Notes under the pieces: generated by a model | Databases searched by the model: none | What the model saw: the letters and a program-made list of their open reading frames with translations, nothing else | What the model was told of the DNA's origin: nothing | Part shown: positions 59,986 to 64,000 of the stretch, in pieces | Layout: the number at the start of each line of letters is the position of its first letter | Position numbering within the stretch: position 1 is the first letter of the stretch | Made by a program: the position numbers and the translations under genes | DNA from: an uncultured cyanobacterium | GTDB lineage: Bacteria > Cyanobacteriota > Cyanobacteriia > PCC-6307 > Cyanobiaceae | Reading direction: 5' to 3' | DNA: 64,000 bases | NCBI GenBank assembly: GCA_963765575.1 | Contig: CAVXWZ010000011.1 | Location: 128,001 to 192,000 of the forward strand

Positions 59986-61318
59986 GCCCTTCGTCAGCGC
60001 TGGGCCCGGGGCCCTGGTGGGCCGCCGCCGAGAGCGTGGCCAGGCAGAACCAGCCGCTGAGCTGCACCTCCGGTCGGAAGAAGATGGTGTCGGTGAAGCC
60101 CTGCACGCCCAGGCCGGCGATCACCGCCAGCACCCCCATCGCCGGCAGGGCGAAGGGGCCAACGCCGCGCCAGGTCGCCAGGGCCTGGCGCAGGCTCGCC
60201 AGCACCAGGCCGACCCCGGCCAGCAGCCCGGGGATGCCGGCCTCCACGGCCAGCTCCAGTGGGATCGAGTAGGCGCTGAGGGCGTTGAAGCGGGGCTGTT
60301 GATAGAGGGGATAGATCAGGTTGAAGGCGTCGTTGCCCGGCCCGATCCCCAGCCAGGGCCGGGCCTGGATCATCTCCAGGGCCGCCAGCCAGACGTTGAT
60401 GCGGAAGTTGTTGGAGCTGTCGCCGCGCCCCGCCAGCAGGCTCATCACCCGCACCCGCAGGGCCTCCACCTGGAACACCAGCACCGCCAGCAATGCCGCG
60501 CCCCCCAGCAGCACCAGCACGGGCACCAGGCGCCGCCACAGGGGCGGCCAGCGCCGCGTCTGCTGCACCGCCAGCAGCACCACCATCACCCCCGCCGCGG
60601 CCACCAGCCCCATCCAGGCGCCGCGGCTGTAGGTGAGCACCAGGGTGGCGATGCCCAGCCCCAGGGCCGCCAGGGCGAACAGCCGCCGGGCCGGCTGCCG
60701 CCAGCGCAGCAGCGCCACCAGCGCCAGGGGCAGGATCGGCAGCAGATAGCCCGCCAGCAGGTTGGGGTTGCCGAGGGTGCTGTAGATGCGCACCGTGCCC
60801 GCGGCCACCGAGGTGGGGTCGGCCCAGCGGGCCAGCTCCGAGGTGTCGGCGTAGAGCTGGCGCAGGCCGATCACGCTGGTGACCAGCGAGCCGCCCAGCA
60901 GCGAGGCCACGATCCGGTCCCACCACAGCGGCGCCGCGCTCAGCACCTCCTGCATCAGGGCGTAGACCCCGAGATAGCTGGCCAGCTTGAGCAGCCCCTT
61001 GGCGGCGGCCGACGGCACCGGCGAGAAACCGGTGGCCAGCAGTGCCACCGCCAGGATCACCAGGATCCAGGCATTGATGGCGCCGATCCCCCCGGCCGGA
61101 CGGCGCAGGGCGAGCAGCAGCCACAGCGCCCCGCTGGCCAGGATCAGCAGGCTGAGGCCGCCGCGGCTCAGCAGCGGCAGTCCCGCCATCAGCGCGCAGA
61201 GCACCAGGCCGCCGAGGCTCACCAGCCGGCTGCCCACCGCCCCCACCCGCCAGCCGGCCAGCAGGCCCTGCCAGCGCAGCAGCAGCGGTGGTGGGGGGGA
61301 CAGGTTCGATTCGCCCAC
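59978..61318 (-). CDS. ictB: IctB family membrane protein (O-antigen ligase/polymerase-like)
   Basis: LARWADPTS, RIYSTLGNPNLLAGYL, TYSRGAW, RGDSSNNFRINVW, GIGPGNDAFN, DTIFFRPEVQ. Confidence 0.93.
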   Translation of the reverse strand: MGESNLSPPPPLLLRWQGLLAGWRVGAVGSRLVSLGGLVLCALMAGLPLLSRGGLSLLILASGALWLLLALRRPAGGIGAINAWILVILAVALLATGFSPVPSAAAKGLLKLASYLGVYALMQEVLSAAPLWWDRIVASLLGGSLVTSVIGLRQLYADTSELARWADPTSVAAGTVRIYSTLGNPNLLAGYLLPILPLALVALLRWRQPARRLFALAALGLGIATLVLTYSRGAWMGLVAAAGVMVVLLAVQQTRRWPPLWRRLVPVLVLLGGAALLAVLVFQVEALRVRVMSLLAGRGDSSNNFRINVWLAALEMIQARPWLGIGPGNDAFNLIYPLYQQPRFNALSAYSIPLELAVEAGIPGLLAGVGLVLASLRQALATWRGVGPFALPAMGVLAVIAGLGVQGFTDTIFFRPEVQLSGWFCLATLSAAAHQGPGPSADEGRA

Positions 61319-61335
61319 GGCAGGCCCTGGTGGAT

Positions 61336-62094
61336 TCAGGCGCCAGTATCGGCCGCCTGCCGGCTCGGCTCGGTGGGCCTGGCTGCCCCCTGTTCGAGGG
61401 TCGCCAGCGCCGTCAGGGGGCGGCGGTTGCGCCGGTAGAGCACCCGGTACACCGGCAGGCCCAGGCGGCGCACATGGGCTTCGCGCTCGCTGGGCACCGG
61501 CAGTGGGTTGGCCCCCTGCCAGGGGGGCGCCTCAGACCCCGTCTCCGCCTCGTGCCCGCTCTCCAGCTCAGGCCCCAGCGTTGCCCGGTCGAAGCCGCCC
61601 GAGGCCTCCACCAGGGCCACCATCGGCGCGATCACCGCCAGCACATCGCTCTGCAGAAACAGCTCCCCTGCCGGTTCCTGGGCGGCGGCCAGGGCCCCCA
61701 GCAGGGTGGGCTGCAGCACGCGGCGCTTGTGGTGTCTGGTCTTGAACCAGGGGTCGGGGAACTGCAGGCTCACCCGCTCCAGCTGGCCCGGCTTCAGGCC
61801 CGCCAGCCACTGCTCCAGGCTCACGTTGGCGTTGCAGAACAGGAAGCGCAGGTGCGCCAGCCCCAGCGCCTGCCGCTCGGCCTCGGCCGCCGCCACCAGC
61901 GGCCGGCGGATCTCCACGCCCAGGTAGTTGCGCGCCGGTTCGGCCGCGGCCATGGCCAGCAGGAAGCGGCCGCGGGCGCAGCCGATGTCGAGATGGATGG
62001 GCCGGCGCGGATCGGCGAACAGCTCGGCCGGCGGCGGCAGCAGCAGCGGCCGCTGGTGAAAGCTGCTGAGCGGATTGACGTGCTGCCGCACCAT
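61336..62094 (-). CDS. trmB: tRNA (guanine-N7)-methyltransferase
   Basis: [42 protein letters not shown]. Confidence 0.95.
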   Translation of the reverse strand: MVRQHVNPLSSFHQRPLLLPPPAELFADPRRPIHLDIGCARGRFLLAMAAAEPARNYLGVEIRRPLVAAAEAERQALGLAHLRFLFCNANVSLEQWLAGLKPGQLERVSLQFPDPWFKTRHHKRRVLQPTLLGALAAAQEPAGELFLQSDVLAVIAPMVALVEASGGFDRATLGPELESGHEAETGSEAPPWQGANPLPVPSEREAHVRRLGLPVYRVLYRRNRRPLTALATLEQGAARPTEPSRQAADTGA

Positions 62095-63380
62095 CAGGCC
62101 GCGGCGGTGGGCACCAGGAAGGCCCAGCTGGCGGTGTAGCCGTGCAGGTGGGTGCTGCCGGCCACCGGCCCGATCTCGCCGTTGCAGAAGGCGCCGGCCA
62201 CGGGCAGGCCCGCGAACACCTCGCGGGCCACCGTCACGTCGCCGTCGGGGCAGCCGTAGAGGCCCTGGCCCCGCCCCAGGCAGGCGAACAGCAGGGCGGC
62301 CATGGGCTCCCCGGGACGCTGCCGTTGGCGGCGCAGCAACTGCTCCAGTTCCTGGCGGGAGGCGGCGCCGTCGCGCAGCTGGAACTGCACCCGCTGCCCC
62401 ACCCGCATGCGCTCGGCCACGGCCACGGCCCCATTGCGGGGATCGACCCCGAGCAGGTTGCGCACCAGGAAGGTGGGCGCCTCGCCGTCGCCGCCGTCGG
62501 GCTCCAGCCGGAAGCTGTCGCGGCCCACCCCCAGGAAGAGGGAATGCTTGACCAGCTCCCGTTCCCGGGGCGAGAGCTCCGCGAGGATCGCCTGCAGCGC
62601 CGCCACCGGCGTTGTGCGCTGCTCGCCGCGGCTGAGTTGCAGCACCACGTTGCGCTGGGCCTCCTCCACCTCGAACACCGGGCCGATCGGACGGCAGCCC
62701 TGGGCCACCACCGGCTCGAAAGCCCAGTCGCCATCGATCAGACAGCCCACCGCACCGCCGCAGACCTGGTTGTCGAACAGCAGCGAGCTGCGTGAGGCGC
62801 TGTGGGGGCAGGCGATGCCGCCCAGCTTGGCGGCGTCGGGGCAGGCGTAGTCGAGGCCGCTGATCAGGTCGTTGATTCCCGTGAAGCCGGGATCCACCAG
62901 CAGCAGCATCGAGTGGCTGGCGGCCAGGTCGGCCGCCTGCGCGGGTGGGCCCAGCAGGGCCAGCCAGGGGTCGGCGGGGCCGTCGAGGTCGGGCAGCTGT
63001 TGGGGCTGGATGGCAAAGGGGTGCAGCCGTGCGCCGGGCAGCCGCAGCAGCGTCACGCTCAGGCCCGCCCCCTGCTCCAGTTCCCGTGGCGCCGCCTCGG
63101 GGGCGGTGCCGATGACGCCGCCGGCCAGGCAGCCCAGCCAGTGTTTGGCCTGGATCCGTTCCTGGAGCAGCGGCAGCAGCCGGGGCAGGTCGCTGGCGTA
63201 GCTGGCGGACACGAACACCAGGGCCAGATCGGCCGGGCCGGCGGCGCCCAGCTGGCGACCCACGCTGGCAACGGCGGCCTCCAGGGAGACGTCGCTGGCC
63301 AGGGCCATGCGGCACCAGGGCTTCGAGCCGTTGGCTCCCAGCCGACGGCTCCACCAGCCGGAGAGAGGGAGAGCAGCCAT
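62094..63380 (-). CDS. FIST N/C domain protein
   Basis: [57 protein letters not shown]. Confidence 0.9.
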   Translation of the reverse strand: MAALPLSGWWSRRLGANGSKPWCRMALASDVSLEAAVASVGRQLGAAGPADLALVFVSASYASDLPRLLPLLQERIQAKHWLGCLAGGVIGTAPEAAPRELEQGAGLSVTLLRLPGARLHPFAIQPQQLPDLDGPADPWLALLGPPAQAADLAASHSMLLLVDPGFTGINDLISGLDYACPDAAKLGGIACPHSASRSSLLFDNQVCGGAVGCLIDGDWAFEPVVAQGCRPIGPVFEVEEAQRNVVLQLSRGEQRTTPVAALQAILAELSPRERELVKHSLFLGVGRDSFRLEPDGGDGEAPTFLVRNLLGVDPRNGAVAVAERMRVGQRVQFQLRDGAASRQELEQLLRRQRQRPGEPMAALLFACLGRGQGLYGCPDGDVTVAREVFAGLPVAGAFCNGEIGPVAGSTHLHGYTASWAFLVPTAAA

Positions 63381-63417
63381 GGCAGCGACCCTATCGCCGG
63401 GGGGTAGGACCCGGATA

Positions 63418-64000
63418 ATGGCGTCTTGCCGAACCGCCGCCGTGCCGGACACCCTCTACCGCTCGCTGGTGTGGCTCGATGTGCGCGTGGGGGTGCTGTT
63501 CAGCCTGGGGCTGCCGCTGGTGCTGCTGCTGTGGGCGACCCTGCGCCGGGAGCGCTCCTTGATGCGCCTGCTGGGCCTCTACTGGAAGGCGGCCAGCCTG
63601 CTGCTGGTGGCCACCCTGCTGCTCACCGACCGCCGCCCGGTTGCCTTCGTGCTGCTGGTGATCGCGCCCCTGCTGGTGGTGGTGAGCCTGTGGTTCTGGG
63701 TGGATCTCAACGAGGAACTGGCCGATCTGCCGCCCTGGCGGGCGTTGCCGCTCACCACCCGCATCTGGCGCTGGAGCCTCAGCCTCTGGGCCGTGTTCAG
63801 CGCCGCCTTCAGTGCCACCGCCCTGGGCTGCCTCGATGCCGGGGTGCGGGCCACGGGGCGCTGCACGGTGTGGATGGAAGCGCCGATCCAGCTGCACAGC
63901 CAGCTGGCGCGGGTCTTCGCGTTCGTGTTCGGAGGGCAGTGGACCCCGGCCGTGGCGGCCTTCGTGGGCTACCTGGGGCTGGTGGCCTACGCGGTGGGCC
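63418..64000 (+). CDS. DUF3177-like membrane protein, 3'-truncated by the window edge
   Basis: Hand-translated: ...YRSLVWLDVRVGVLFSLGLPLVLLLWA...RLLGLYWKAASLL...SLWFWVDLNEELADLPP; start 63418 or GTG 63442. Confidence 0.8.
   Translation, partial: MASCRTAAVPDTLYRSLVWLDVRVGVLFSLGLPLVLLLWATLRRERSLMRLLGLYWKAASLLLVATLLLTDRRPVAFVLLVIAPLLVVVSLWFWVDLNEELADLPPWRALPLTTRIWRWSLSLWAVFSAAFSATALGCLDAGVRATGRCTVWMEAPIQLHSQLARVFAFVFGGQWTPAVAAFVGYLGLVAYAVG

Noticed and set aside
1..64000. Many long overlapping or antisense ORFs in the track (e.g. 3180-5189 -, 6889-8730 +, 58841-61438 +, and the upstream extensions of 7498-10371, 23597-25909, 28406-30979, 55251-59075)
   Set aside because: Shadow frames expected in very GC-rich DNA with few stop codons; they overlap well-supported genes and show no recognisable motifs
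1..64000. HIP1 (GCGATCGC) enrichment
   Set aside because: Only scattered copies noticed; over-representation cannot be established without counting against a composition model

Overview
Very GC-rich chromosomal segment of a picocyanobacterium of the Cyanobium/Synechococcus type (psbK, psbI, psbN, psbH, ntcA, ictB, Hik2-like kinase, cyanobacterial DUFs). Most of it is ordinary core genome: rdgB, pgm, pyrE, tgt, cobS, purH, ispH, sfsA, murJ, tRNA-Arg(ACG), glyA, cinA, leuCD, tatA, pth, ntcA, dcd, thyX, glmM, trmB. The standout is at the left edge: a translationally coupled kdtA(waaA)-lpxK-lpxB-msbA cassette. This is the late Kdo/4'-phosphate lipid A pathway that cyanobacteria are generally reported to lack, and it runs directly into a carotenoid oxygenase gene. 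Two small, visibly AT-richer islets (about 35.7-37.4 kb and 52.0-52.85 kb) encode secreted proteins, one with a cyanobacterial PEP-CTERM-like tail. Several genes (hik2-like, tatA, the PEP-CTERM gene, possibly tgt) have 1-nt frameshifts in G/C runs, more likely sequencing errors than biology. I saw no CRISPR array, transposase, integrase or rRNA. All calls come from motif recognition by eye; no searches were run.
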